In this document: positions 28,708 to 38,499 of the stretch, in pieces
Numbering within the stretch: the first letter of the stretch is position 1
How the letters are laid out: each line of letters begins with the position of its first letter
NCBI GenBank assembly: GCA_011050235.1
Contig: DRGC01000021.1
Coordinates: forward strand, 6,081 to 70,080
Reading direction: 5' to 3'
DNA length: 64,000 nucleotides
Origin: Phycisphaerae bacterium
GTDB lineage: Bacteria > Planctomycetota > Phycisphaerae > SM23-33
The notes under the pieces: generated by a model
Databases searched by the model: none
Told to the model about the DNA's origin: nothing
The model's input: only the letters and a program-made list of their open reading frames with translations
Program-made: the position numbers and the translations under genes

Positions 28708-29661
28708 TTAGCTGTCGACGGAGGCGCCTAGTGTTGCGAGGATGCGGTCGAAGTCTTCTAGGCTGTAGTATTCGATCGTCATCTTGCCGGTGTGTTTGGA
28801 TTTGCCCGGCGAGATCGTGACGCGCGTGCCGATCTGTTGGGTGAGCTGCTGTTCGAGGTCGCTGATGTAGGGCGGCTTGGTGCGGGCCGGTCGCTTGGCG
28901 GGTTGGGAGTCTTGACGGGTTGGGTCGGCGGCCAGGAGGCCTTCGAGCTGACGGACGGATAGCTGATCCTTGATGACCCGCTTGGCCAGGGCCAGTTGAC
29001 GGTCGGCTTGGCCCGCCAGGCCGGCCAGGGCGCGCGCATGGCCGAACGTCAGGTGCCCGGCCAGGAGGAGCTTCTGCACGCCATCGCACAAGTCAAGTAT
29101 ACGCAAGTAGTTAGCGACTGTCTCGCGGGAAGTTCCCAGCCTTTCGGCCAGTTGGGCCTGGGTGAGTTCGAACCGGTCGATCACATCGCGAAACGCCTGG
29201 GCCCGCTCGACGGCGTTGAGGTCCTCGCGCTGGATGTTCTCGATGAGGGCCCATTCGAGGATTTGCTCATCGCTGGCCTGGCGGACGATGACGGGGACCT
29301 TGTTCAGGCCGGCTTGGCTGGCGGCCTGGAGGCGCCGCTGGCCTGCGACCAGGACGTAAGGCTTTCCGCCGGTATGAGCTTGCCCCGCTGGCGATAGCAG
29401 CAGAGGCTGCAAGACCCCCTGCTGTCGGATCGACTCGGCCAGGTCGGCAAGCTGCTGCTTGTCGAATTGCTTGCGCGGCTGATATGGGTTCGGCGCGATC
29501 TGATCGATCGAGACTTCGAGAGCCTCGACGACCGGCTTGGCCGACTCGTCGACGGCCACGTATGTGCCGCTGTCCTTCTTAGGTGCGGTGTTAACGATCA
29601 GGCTCGAGAGCCCCCTGCCCAGGCGTGGTCTGCTTTGGGTTTGCTTGGCTTGGCCAGTCAT
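28708..29661 (-). CDS. parB: Chromosome partitioning protein ParB/Spo0J
   Basis: LGRGLSSL, PNPYQPRK, GVLQPL, VAGQRR, ALIENIQREDLN, HTH. Start re-called at MTGQAK. Confidence 0.95.
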   Translation of the reverse strand: MTGQAKQTQSRPRLGRGLSSLIVNTAPKKDSGTYVAVDESAKPVVEALEVSIDQIAPNPYQPRKQFDKQQLADLAESIRQQGVLQPLLLSPAGQAHTGGKPYVLVAGQRRLQAASQAGLNKVPVIVRQASDEQILEWALIENIQREDLNAVERAQAFRDVIDRFELTQAQLAERLGTSRETVANYLRILDLCDGVQKLLLAGHLTFGHARALAGLAGQADRQLALAKRVIKDQLSVRQLEGLLAADPTRQDSQPAKRPARTKPPYISDLEQQLTQQIGTRVTISPGKSKHTGKMTIEYYSLEDFDRILATLGASVDS

Positions 29662-29716
29662 GTCAGGCCTCCGTTCCCGGTGCACTGTGGTTCTAGTTAT
29701 CGGGCATCGACCGGAA

Positions 29717-29732
29717 TGTTCCACGTGGAACA
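29717..29732. promoter_or_regulatory. parS: parS site 1
   Basis: Perfect palindrome TGTTCCACGTGGAACA. Confidence 0.93.
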
Positions 29733-29832
29733 TCCGTGTTCGTCGATTCATAGGATACGGCGTGTGGCTGGGCCGTCAAGAAGAAACTCCCCCGCCGCTC
29801 TGCGCCGGCCGCCACTTGGGTGCGCAGGTGGG

Positions 29833-29848
29833 TGTTCCACGTGGAACA
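29833..29848. promoter_or_regulatory. parS: parS site 2
   Basis: Perfect palindrome TGTTCCACGTGGAACA. Confidence 0.93.
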
Positions 29849-30032
29849 TATTGGCTTGGATCGGGTCTGGCTGAGGGCCGTCGGCGGGAAAAATTGTCGC
29901 GCGACGGGACGGCTGCCCCGCCGCGCGATCATTGAACGTCCGTGTTCGTCGCTGCTACGATAGGGAAATTGCGGCGGGGATCAAGCGGAATTCTACAGGA
30001 AAATCGGGCGCTGGATGGGCCGCGTCGTCGGT

Positions 30033-30048
30033 TGTTCCACGTGGAACA
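30033..30048. promoter_or_regulatory. parS: parS site 3
   Basis: Perfect palindrome TGTTCCACGTGGAACA. Confidence 0.93.
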
Positions 30049-30060
30049 TGCGGGGAGATA

Positions 30061-31944
30061 TCATGGCCTGTTGCGCGTCAGCCACCGCGCCAGCACCATC
30101 AGCGCCCACAGCCGATGGGCGTAGTCACGCTTGCCGGTGAGGTGGTCGTTGACCAACCCTTCGATCGCCTCGCCCCGAAAGACCCCGGTCTCCTCCAGCG
30201 ATCCGTCCAGCAGTGTGACCTTCATCTGCTCGCGAAGTTCGCCGCGCAGCCATCGCGCCAGCGGAACGCCGAAGCCGCGCTTCGGCTGATCGACGATCTC
30301 CCTCGGGAGCAGATCGGCGACGGCGGCGCGGAGCAGCACCTTGCCCCGGGTGGCCGAGAGCTTCGCCTCCAGCGGCAGCGACAGGCCAAGCTGGACAACG
30401 TCCGGGTCGAGCATCGGCGCCCGCAGTTCCAGGCCGTTGGCCATCGAGGCGATGTCGGCCTTGACCAACAGGTCGTCGGGCAGGTACGTCGCCAGATCGC
30501 TGCGCTGGGCGCGGACGACCTCGTCGGGGGCATCGCCGGATTCGTACAACTCGCAGAACCATCGCGTGGGCTCGTGCAGGTCGAGCGATTCGGCGAACTC
30601 GTCGGCCAGGAGAAACTGAAGGTCGTCGGCGTCGAAGAGAGAGCGGTACCGGAAGTATTGCATCGCCGCCGGCAGCGGCAGGGCGTCGGCAAAACGCAGG
30701 AACCGCGTCAGGCGGCTACGCTCGCCTCGCTTGGCGAAGGGCCGGGCCAACGTGGCGGCCAGGCGCGTGAGGGCGTAGCGAAGCGGGCGCATCCGCCCGG
30801 CCAGCATCAGTGCGCGGTAGCGATCGTAGCCGCCGAAGACCTCGTCGCCGCCATCGCCGGCGAGGGCGACGGTGACGTGCCGGCGGGCGGCCTGACAGAT
30901 TAGGTGCATCGGCAGGGCGCTGGAATCGGCGAAGGGCTCGTCGTACATCTCGACGATCCGGTCCAGCGCGCCGGCCGGGTCGGGCTCGACAAGCAATTCG
31001 GTGTGGTCGGTCTTGCAGTGCAGGGCCAACTTCCGGGCGATCGGGCGCTCGTCGTAGGCATCGTCGGCGAAGCCGGCCGTGAAGGTCTTCACCCCGCCGG
31101 CCTCGCCGGCGGCCTCGCTCATCAGGGCGACGATGATGGCCGAGTCCAGCCCGCCGCTGAGCAGGGCGCCCAGCGGCACGTCGCTGACCATCCGGGCGCG
31201 GACGGACGAGCGAAGTCGCTCGCGGACCATCTCGATCTGCTGCGCCGGGTCGGACGGGATCGAGACGTCCTGACAGTGCCAATAGCGCCGCGGCCGGGTG
31301 GGCCGCTCGGTGACGGCCAGCCAGTGGGCGGGCGGAAGCTTGAGGATGTCCGACCAGATCGTCTCGGGAGCCGGAATGTAACCAATTGTTAAATAAGATG
31401 TTACAGAGATTCTGCGCAGGTCTCCATGGACATCCGGATGGGCGAGCAGGGCCTTGGCCTCGGAGGCAAAGATAACGCGGTCGATGCCGAAGGCATACCA
31501 GAGCGGCTTTTGACCCAGGCGGTCGCGGGCCAGCAGCAGCGACCGTTGCTGCGAGTCGTAGATGGCGAAGGCGAACATGCCCTGGAGTTTGTCCAGCATT
31601 CCCGGGCCGTGGCGGCGGTAGAGGTGCAGGAGCACTTCGGTGTCGCCGGCGGTTCGCAGCTCTGCGCCGTCGGCGGCGAGTTCGTCGCGCAGCGCGCGGA
31701 AATTGTAGATCTCCCCGTTGAAGGCCACCGCCAGCCGTCCGTCGGCGTCGGTCATGGGCTGGTGCGACCCGGGCGGATCGATAACGGCCAGCCGGCGAAA
31801 CGCCAGCGCGCAGTGCTTCTCGGGTGAGAGCCATTCGCCTTGCTCATCGGGTCCGCGGTGGGCGAGCCGATCGGCCATGGCGCGGACGACATCGAGCTCG
31901 GCCGGGCTGTCCTGGAAAATAAACTCTCCTGCAAATCCACACAT
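30061..31944 (-). CDS. asnB: Asparagine synthase (glutamine-hydrolysing) family amidotransferase
   Basis: MCGFAG N-terminal Cys, HRGPD, FNGEIYN, RDRLGQKPL, LSGGLDS, GDGGDEVFGGY. Confidence 0.95.
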   Translation of the reverse strand: MCGFAGEFIFQDSPAELDVVRAMADRLAHRGPDEQGEWLSPEKHCALAFRRLAVIDPPGSHQPMTDADGRLAVAFNGEIYNFRALRDELAADGAELRTAGDTEVLLHLYRRHGPGMLDKLQGMFAFAIYDSQQRSLLLARDRLGQKPLWYAFGIDRVIFASEAKALLAHPDVHGDLRRISVTSYLTIGYIPAPETIWSDILKLPPAHWLAVTERPTRPRRYWHCQDVSIPSDPAQQIEMVRERLRSSVRARMVSDVPLGALLSGGLDSAIIVALMSEAAGEAGGVKTFTAGFADDAYDERPIARKLALHCKTDHTELLVEPDPAGALDRIVEMYDEPFADSSALPMHLICQAARRHVTVALAGDGGDEVFGGYDRYRALMLAGRMRPLRYALTRLAATLARPFAKRGERSRLTRFLRFADALPLPAAMQYFRYRSLFDADDLQFLLADEFAESLDLHEPTRWFCELYESGDAPDEVVRAQRSDLATYLPDDLLVKADIASMANGLELRAPMLDPDVVQLGLSLPLEAKLSATRGKVLLRAAVADLLPREIVDQPKRGFGVPLARWLRGELREQMKVTLLDGSLEETGVFRGEAIEGLVNDHLTGKRDYAHRLWALMVLARWLTRNRP

Positions 31945-32103
31945 GGGCGGCATTGTACCGACTGCCCCCACCGTTGACAGCGCCGGTTCGCCCGGCAAGC
32001 GGGCGGGGTCGGCTATTGCGGCAGGGGTGGTGGGGGGCTAGAATCGCCTCCTGCCGCTGCGGCCTCGCTGGCGGCGTGCAAGGATCGTGGAAGGGGCCTG
32101 CCC

Positions 32104-32601
32104 ATGAACGAACGAGCAACGACGACCGACGCCCGCACCCTTGAGTCGCTGGAAGATATCTGGCCGTTGCAGGCGGCGCTGAATGAGCGGGCGGGTTTCG
32201 ACACGGCCGGTCTGGGCCGGGCCCTGGTCGAGGCCGAGGCCGCCGGCGACCAGCAGCGCGCGGCGGAGCTTCGCACGCAGGTCGGCCGGGCGCTGAAGAA
32301 CTATCTCGACGCCCTGGTTTCCGAGTGCCACGAGCTTCAGGACTGTCTGAGCTGGAAGCACTGGTATCAGGAGGCCAAGGAGGGCCGCCAGTACGAGCTG
32401 CAGGATCTGCAGAACGCCCGGGTGGAAGCGACCGACATGCTGTTCTTCTGGATCAGCATCTGTCAGCTTCTGGGGATGGACTGCCAGGATATCTATCGAC
32501 TTTACGCAAAGAAGCTTCGTATTAATCACAAGCGGCAGGATGAAGGCCGCACGCAAGCTGAGCACGACGATCACGAGAATGAGAACCGTTCGATCGTCTA
32601 G
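32104..32601 (+). CDS. Dimeric (all-alpha) dUTPase-like NTP pyrophosphatase
   Basis: E..EL..C..WKHW, RVE..D..FF, Y..K..IN..RQ motifs. Confidence 0.8.
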   Translation: MNERATTTDARTLESLEDIWPLQAALNERAGFDTAGLGRALVEAEAAGDQQRAAELRTQVGRALKNYLDALVSECHELQDCLSWKHWYQEAKEGRQYELQDLQNARVEATDMLFFWISICQLLGMDCQDIYRLYAKKLRINHKRQDEGRTQAEHDDHENENRSIV

Positions 32602-32663
32602 GAATCAACAAGCCGGGGGCTGCGCGGCGATATGACGACATAAGGCAAGAGGAGACGACTGCG

Positions 32664-34082
32664 ATGAAGTGGACGTGTGCAATACTCTGTGCGACGATGC
32701 TGACCGGGATCGGCTGCGGGCCGCCCGCCGAATCCGCCGATGCGCTGACGGGCGAGGCGGCCCGGGCCGAGCAGCTGATGGCGGCGGCGGGCGCCGCCAA
32801 TGCCCTGGATTTCCGAAAGGTGGTCCAGGAGGCCAAATCGAAGGTCTTTCCCGCGGTGGTGTTCATCAAGGTCTTGCAGGAAAGCTTTGAGTCCGGCAAG
32901 AAGGTCACCCGCGAGATGTTCGGCAGCGGGGTGTTGATCTCGGCCTCGGGCGAGGCGGTGACCAACTGGCACGTGGTGGACAAGGCCGCTGAAATCCGCT
33001 GCCTGCTCTACGACGGGCGACACATGGACGCCAAGGTGATCGGCAAGGACAAGGACACCGACCTGGCGCTGATCCAACTGGACGTGCCCGAAGGCGCCGC
33101 CGACCTGCCGCACGCCGAGATGGGCGATTCGGAGGCGCTGAAGGAAGGCGACTTCGTGATGGCCATGGGCGCCCCGTGGGGGCTGAGTCGCTCGGTCTCC
33201 ATCGGCATCATCTCCTGCACGAAGCGCTACCTGCTGAACAACAGCGAGTACAGCCTTTGGCTGCAGACGGATGCGGCGATCAGCCCGGGCAACTCGGGCG
33301 GCCCGCTGGTCAACACCGACGGGAAGGTGATCGGCATCAACACGCGCGGCATCATGCGCGGCGGCGACACGGGTTTCGCCGTTCCCTCCGGCACGGTTCG
33401 GCTGATCACCGACCGCCTGCGCGAGTACGGCGATGTCAACTGGAGCTGGACGGGCCTGAGGCTGCAGCCGTTGAAGGACTTCAACAAGGACATCTACTTC
33501 GACGGCGACGAAGGCGTGATCGTCTCGGGCACCGATCCGGAAAGCCCCGCCCGTCGGGCCGGCCTGCGGTCGCGCGATCGGATCATGGCGATCAACGGCC
33601 AGCCGGTGACGGCGATGTTCGAAGAAGACCTGCCCGAGGTCCGACAGATGCTGGGGCTGCTGGCGAAGATGGAAGAGGCCACCCTCACCCTTCGGCGCGA
33701 CGGCGAGGTGCTGACGTTGGCTATGAGCCCGCGCGAAAAAGGCAAGGTCGAGGGCGAAGAACTGGACTGCCCCCGCTGGAACATGACCGTCAAGCAGATC
33801 AACCAGTTCGACAACAAGGACCTGTACTTCCACCGCAAAGAGGGCGTGTTTATTTACGGCACCAAGCATCCGGGCAACGCGTCCAAGTCGGGCCTGGAAG
33901 AGCAGGACATCATCCTGAAAATCGACGGAAAACCCCTCAAGACGCTCGAGGACGTCGAGAAGGTCTACGATGCCGCAATCGATAACATCGACCGCAAGCA
34001 CCGCATTCTGTTCATCGTGTTGCGAAACGGTCTGATGCGGCAGATCGTCCTGGACTTTTCGCGGGATTACGAACGGGAATAG
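32664..34082 (+). CDS. HtrA/DegP-like serine protease with PDZ domains (predicted lipoprotein)
   Basis: Catalytic triad TNWHVV / DTDLA / PGNSGGPL, two PDZ-like regions, LTGIGC lipobox. Confidence 0.93.
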   Translation: MKWTCAILCATMLTGIGCGPPAESADALTGEAARAEQLMAAAGAANALDFRKVVQEAKSKVFPAVVFIKVLQESFESGKKVTREMFGSGVLISASGEAVTNWHVVDKAAEIRCLLYDGRHMDAKVIGKDKDTDLALIQLDVPEGAADLPHAEMGDSEALKEGDFVMAMGAPWGLSRSVSIGIISCTKRYLLNNSEYSLWLQTDAAISPGNSGGPLVNTDGKVIGINTRGIMRGGDTGFAVPSGTVRLITDRLREYGDVNWSWTGLRLQPLKDFNKDIYFDGDEGVIVSGTDPESPARRAGLRSRDRIMAINGQPVTAMFEEDLPEVRQMLGLLAKMEEATLTLRRDGEVLTLAMSPREKGKVEGEELDCPRWNMTVKQINQFDNKDLYFHRKEGVFIYGTKHPGNASKSGLEEQDIILKIDGKPLKTLEDVEKVYDAAIDNIDRKHRILFIVLRNGLMRQIVLDFSRDYERE

Positions 34083-34113
34083 CGAATGTGCCGTCTGTCT
34101 TAAGGAGCCAATC

Positions 34114-36480
34114 ATGACGCGCAGGTCATCGACAATGATCCTTCTAATGTTGGGCCTTCTGCTGTGGCCGGTTGCGGCGACGGCCCAGGGGCCGGACGAA
34201 GCGGTGGGTGGTGAGGCCGACCCCCCGGCCACCGCCGAAGCCGAAGCCGTCGTCGAAGCCGACGTGGACGAGACCGACGGGGACAAGACCGACGAGGATG
34301 ACGACACGCCGACGTCCGAAAAGCTGTTGGCCGTCATCGATGCGGCCCGGCCGGGGCTGGTCCAGATCGAATACACGTTGCAGTTCGACAAGGGCGAGGC
34401 GCCGCGTTTCTACGGCGGCACGCGCAGCAGCTACGGCGCCACCGTGATCGAACAGGAACGCCCGCTTGAGAGCAACGGCTTTCTGGTGGGCGACAAGAAG
34501 GTCCTTCTCGGCGACCTGATGATCCACCCGCGGTTCGTCAAGTCCATTGCCGTGCGGTTCGGCGACGACGTTGTCGAGGCCACACGGGCCGGCTACGCCG
34601 CCGGCCACGACGCGATCTTCCTGGACCTGGCCCGCCCGCTGAAGGGTGCCACCCCGCTGGCGTTCGACGCATCGGCTGAAGGCCCGTACAAGATCGTCTC
34701 GTACGGCATCCGCGACGGCGCATGGACGGCGCGCGCGCGTGACTTCACCCCGGCCGCCGCCCGCAACGTGCTGGGCGAGGAGTTCCAACCGTCGCCGTCG
34801 GATGTGCTGATCGTCACCGAAGAGGGTACGCCGGTGGCGATCTGGATGGATGCCGAGATGCCGATCGACGACTCGTGGAAGGGCTCGCCGCTGGCGTGGG
34901 AGATCATTGACCAGCCGCAGATGGCCGACCTGCAGGCAAAGCTGAAGACATGGGCCGATGGCTCGCTGCTTCGCGTGGCGCTGGCGTTCAGAAGCCCGAA
35001 GAAAAAGTATGGCAGTTCGCGCGCTGACATGGCGGGCATGGGCAACGAGATCGGCACGGAGCGGAATGTGATCGGCATCCTGATCGGCCCCAAGCGCGTG
35101 CTCGTGCTGGCCGAACTTCCCCAGAAGGCGACCGTTCGCCTCGATCGCATCCAGGTGTTCTCCGTCGACGGCGATCCGGTCGAAGCGACCTTCGTCGGCA
35201 CGCTGAAAGACTACGGCTGCCTGCTGGTCGATCTCGAACAGCCGCTGGAAGGCGCGGTGACATTGGCCGACGACGGGCTTCGCAAGGCCTACAACCAGTT
35301 GCTCCTGCTGGCTGACATCAGCGTTCGGGGCGACAACCGCGTGGTCTACTTCCTGCGGCATCGCATCCAGGAACTCCGCCTGGGCTGGAAACGGAACGTC
35401 TACCCCAGCATCCCCGGCAACGAGAGCGGCCTGTTCCTGTTCGACAGGCAAGGGCGCCTGGTGGCGTTTCCGGTTTCGCGCCGACAAAAGCCCAGCAGCG
35501 GCCGTCGCGCGGGCTCGGTCCGAACGACGGCGGCGACGCAGCTGGCGGCTGTGGTCAACAGCGACGACCTCGCCGAGCACCTGGCCCCCAGCAACGTGCC
35601 CTTAACCGAAGAGCAGGAGAACCGTCTGGCGTGGCTGGGCGTGGCCCTGCAACCGATGAGCCGCGAGTTGGCCCGGGCCAACCAAGTCTCCAAGCTGACC
35701 CGGGACGGGGAGACCGGCGCGATTGTCTCCTTTGTTTACGACGAATCGCCCGCCGCCGCCGCGGGCGTCGAGATCGGATGGATCCTGTTGCGCCTGCACG
35801 TGGAAGATGAACCCAAGCCCCTGGAAGTTCGCGTCAGCGAGTACATCTGGGATATGCGCCCATTCCCGTGGGATCGATTCGACTCGTTTTCGATCGAGAG
35901 CTTCGACGGCGCCGCGCCGCCGTGGCGGCCGGCGGAGAATCGGTTCACGCGGGCGTTGACCGATTTTGGCTTCGCCAAGACGTACAAGGCGGAGTTCTTC
36001 GTGGACGGCGAGATCGTCAAGAAAGACTTTACCGTTGTCGAATCGCCCACACACTACGAGTCGGCGCCGCGGCAGAAGTCCGAGTTCGTCGGCCTGACGG
36101 TTCGCAACATGACGTTCGAACTGCGACGGTACTTCCGAAAGGTCGCCGACGATCCGGGCGTGGTCATCTCCAAGGTCGAATCAGGCGGGCGGGCGGCCGT
36201 TGCCGGGCTCAAGCCTTTCGAGATCATCACCCACATCAACGGGCAGGCCGTCCACACCGTCAAGGACTTCGAGACGCTGATTCAGAATCAGCCGGAGCTT
36301 CAAATGGTGGTCCTTCGGATGACCGACAGCCGGGGCGTGAACATCGAGATGCCCACCTCCGCCCCGGCCGACGGCGACCAACCGCCAACGACGGCCCCGG
36401 CCGAGGGTGACCAACCGCCAACGACGGGCCCGGCCGAGCCGCCCGCCACCGCACCTGCGACAATGCCGGACGCCCCGTAG
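34114..36480 (+). CDS. Secreted PDZ-domain protein with degenerate trypsin-like regions
   Basis: Signal peptide, acidic linker, AWLGVALQPMSRELA, SPAAAAG, GLKPFEIITHINGQ. No GNSGG motif. Pro/Thr repeats at the C-terminus. Confidence 0.78.
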   Translation: MTRRSSTMILLMLGLLLWPVAATAQGPDEAVGGEADPPATAEAEAVVEADVDETDGDKTDEDDDTPTSEKLLAVIDAARPGLVQIEYTLQFDKGEAPRFYGGTRSSYGATVIEQERPLESNGFLVGDKKVLLGDLMIHPRFVKSIAVRFGDDVVEATRAGYAAGHDAIFLDLARPLKGATPLAFDASAEGPYKIVSYGIRDGAWTARARDFTPAAARNVLGEEFQPSPSDVLIVTEEGTPVAIWMDAEMPIDDSWKGSPLAWEIIDQPQMADLQAKLKTWADGSLLRVALAFRSPKKKYGSSRADMAGMGNEIGTERNVIGILIGPKRVLVLAELPQKATVRLDRIQVFSVDGDPVEATFVGTLKDYGCLLVDLEQPLEGAVTLADDGLRKAYNQLLLLADISVRGDNRVVYFLRHRIQELRLGWKRNVYPSIPGNESGLFLFDRQGRLVAFPVSRRQKPSSGRRAGSVRTTAATQLAAVVNSDDLAEHLAPSNVPLTEEQENRLAWLGVALQPMSRELARANQVSKLTRDGETGAIVSFVYDESPAAAAGVEIGWILLRLHVEDEPKPLEVRVSEYIWDMRPFPWDRFDSFSIESFDGAAPPWRPAENRFTRALTDFGFAKTYKAEFFVDGEIVKKDFTVVESPTHYESAPRQKSEFVGLTVRNMTFELRRYFRKVADDPGVVISKVESGGRAAVAGLKPFEIITHINGQAVHTVKDFETLIQNQPELQMVVLRMTDSRGVNIEMPTSAPADGDQPPTTAPAEGDQPPTTGPAEPPATAPATMPDAP

Positions 36481-36503
36481 CTGGGCGGCAAGTTGCGCAA
36501 TCC

Positions 36504-36531
36504 CAAGGCCGGTCCGCCTGGGCCGGCCTTG
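36504..36531 (+). terminator. Stem-loop after the protease operon
   Basis: CAAGGCCGGTCC-GCCT-GGGCCGGCCTTG followed by TT. Confidence 0.55.
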
Positions 36532-36815
36532 TTCATGCGCGGCCGCCCGGGCGTCGCGCAGCGGGCAAAAGGGCGGGTCAGGGGCTTCTGTCTTGTCGGG
36601 CGAAGGCGACGGGCTTAGGCTTGGCCGGTCTTTGCGGCGTGAGAGGATCCGGCCTTGTCTGCGCGGGAACAACTGCTGATTTCGGCGGCGATGTTCCTCG
36701 TGCTCGTGCTGCCGGTGATCTTCCTGCTGGCGGATCGAATGCCCGGCCGCTGAGGGGGGGGAAAACGGGCCGAGGCCTGTATAATAGATTGTTTGCCGAG
36801 CGATTGACGTGATCG

Positions 36816-38147
36816 ATGCCTGAACCGAAACCAATTGATCTGTCCGCCCAGCCCGAGCGAGCGCTGCTCGTGGCGGTGCTGCTGCCGCAGAGCAAGAACG
36901 ATCCGATGGACCCGTTGGGGGAGCTGCGCAGTCTGGCCAAGACAGCGGGCGTCGACGTGGTGGACGAGATCGTCGCCAAGCGACGAAGGCCCCACCCGGG
37001 CCTGTATGTCGGCTCGGGCAAGGCCCAGCAGATCGGTGAGCGCGCCGAGGCCAACGAAGCGGCTGTCGTGATCTTCGACAACGACCTGACGCCGGCGCAG
37101 ATTCGCGACCTGGAGGAGATCGTCGAGCGCAAGGTGATCGACCGCAGCGAGTTGATCCTGGATATCTTCGCCGCTCACGCGCGGACCAGCGAGAGCCGCT
37201 TGCAGGTGGAGTTGGCTCAGTTGGAATACACCTACCCGCGGCTGCGCCATATGTGGAGCCACCTCGAGCGGATCGCGGGCGGAGCGTCGACGGCGGCCTC
37301 GGCGGTCGGCGGCGTCGGCACGCGAGGCCCGGGCGAAAAGCAGATCGAGATCGACCGGCGGCTGGTGCAGAAGCGCGTGTCGCAGTTGAAACGCGAGATT
37401 GCCGTTATCGACCGCCGCAAGATCCGCCAGGTTCGCAGCCGGGCGCACATCCCCGGCGTGTGCCTGGTCGGCTATACCAACGCCGGCAAGAGCACGCTGA
37501 TGAACCGTCTGACGGGCGCAGGCGTGTTCGTGGCCGACCAGCTCTTTGCGACGCTGGACACGAGGACGCGCCAGTGGAGGCTGCTCGACGGTGAGACCGT
37601 ACTGCTGAGCGACACGGTCGGTTTCGTGCGCGATCTGCCGCACCACCTGGTGGCAAGTTTCCGCGCAACGCTGGAAGAGGCGATCCATGCCGATCTACTG
37701 CTGCACGTCGCCGACGCGTCCGCCGATCGCGTGGCCGATCAGATCGAGGCCGTCCACAGCGTGCTGGCCGAGTTGGGCTGTGACGGCGGCAGCCAGTTGC
37801 TGGTGCTCAACAAGATCGACTGCATCATGGACCCGACGGTGCGGACGGTGCTGGCGGCGCGCTATCCGGAGGCGCTGTTTGTTTCGGCGGCCGAGGGGAA
37901 TGGGGTCGAGAAGCTCGAGGCGGAAGTGGCTCGCCGGGCGGGCGGCGAATCGGTCCGTGTGACGCTGGTGGCCGACTGCAAATCGGGCAAGCTGATGCAC
38001 TTTATTTCGCAGCACGGGCAGATCGAGCGGCAGGAGTTTCACGATGCGACCGCGGAGATCGAGGCGGTGTTCCCGGCCCGGCGGCTGGCTGAGCTGAAGG
38101 CGTTCGCCCCCGACGTGACGATCGTCGACGGCCCGTACGCCGTGTAG
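36816..38147 (+). CDS. hflX: GTPase HflX
   Basis: VIDRSELILDIFA, LQVELAQL, GYTNAGKSTL, LFATLD, DTVGF, NKID. Confidence 0.96.
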   Translation: MPEPKPIDLSAQPERALLVAVLLPQSKNDPMDPLGELRSLAKTAGVDVVDEIVAKRRRPHPGLYVGSGKAQQIGERAEANEAAVVIFDNDLTPAQIRDLEEIVERKVIDRSELILDIFAAHARTSESRLQVELAQLEYTYPRLRHMWSHLERIAGGASTAASAVGGVGTRGPGEKQIEIDRRLVQKRVSQLKREIAVIDRRKIRQVRSRAHIPGVCLVGYTNAGKSTLMNRLTGAGVFVADQLFATLDTRTRQWRLLDGETVLLSDTVGFVRDLPHHLVASFRATLEEAIHADLLLHVADASADRVADQIEAVHSVLAELGCDGGSQLLVLNKIDCIMDPTVRTVLAARYPEALFVSAAEGNGVEKLEAEVARRAGGESVRVTLVADCKSGKLMHFISQHGQIERQEFHDATAEIEAVFPARRLAELKAFAPDVTIVDGPYAV

Positions 38148-38499
38148 AATCAGCGGCGGCCAGAGGGCCCGATAAACAAGCGTGCGTGTCCGGCAATCGT
38201 TATCGGACGTGGGACCAGGGGGTGATAAAAGGCCCGTATTTATGGGGTTTTTGTGAGGTCGGCGGTGTGAAGGACCGAATTTTTCAGCGCTTAAAGTTCT
38301 GAGGTGAACTGGCCGAATTAATAAGACAACATCATCGGCAAAACAGCCGCAGGCGCTGCCGAAACACCACAAGGGCGATGGAGCCAGCCAGGTCTCCATC
38401 GCCTGATGTGTTTGAACCACCTTTGCGCGGGGAGGCAGACTATTGCGGAGGCGATGGTGGCTCAAGGGGAGTTTCCGGTTGAGCGGCAGTGTGGGGTGG

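Noticed and set aside
29717..30048. Three identical 16-mers as a possible CRISPR array
   Set aside because: Too short, irregular spacing (100 and 184 nt), no cas genes, and identical to the parS consensus next to parB
36361..36440. 33-nt tandem repeat
   Set aside because: Encodes a low-complexity Pro/Thr tail (APADGDQPPTT) of the PDZ protein
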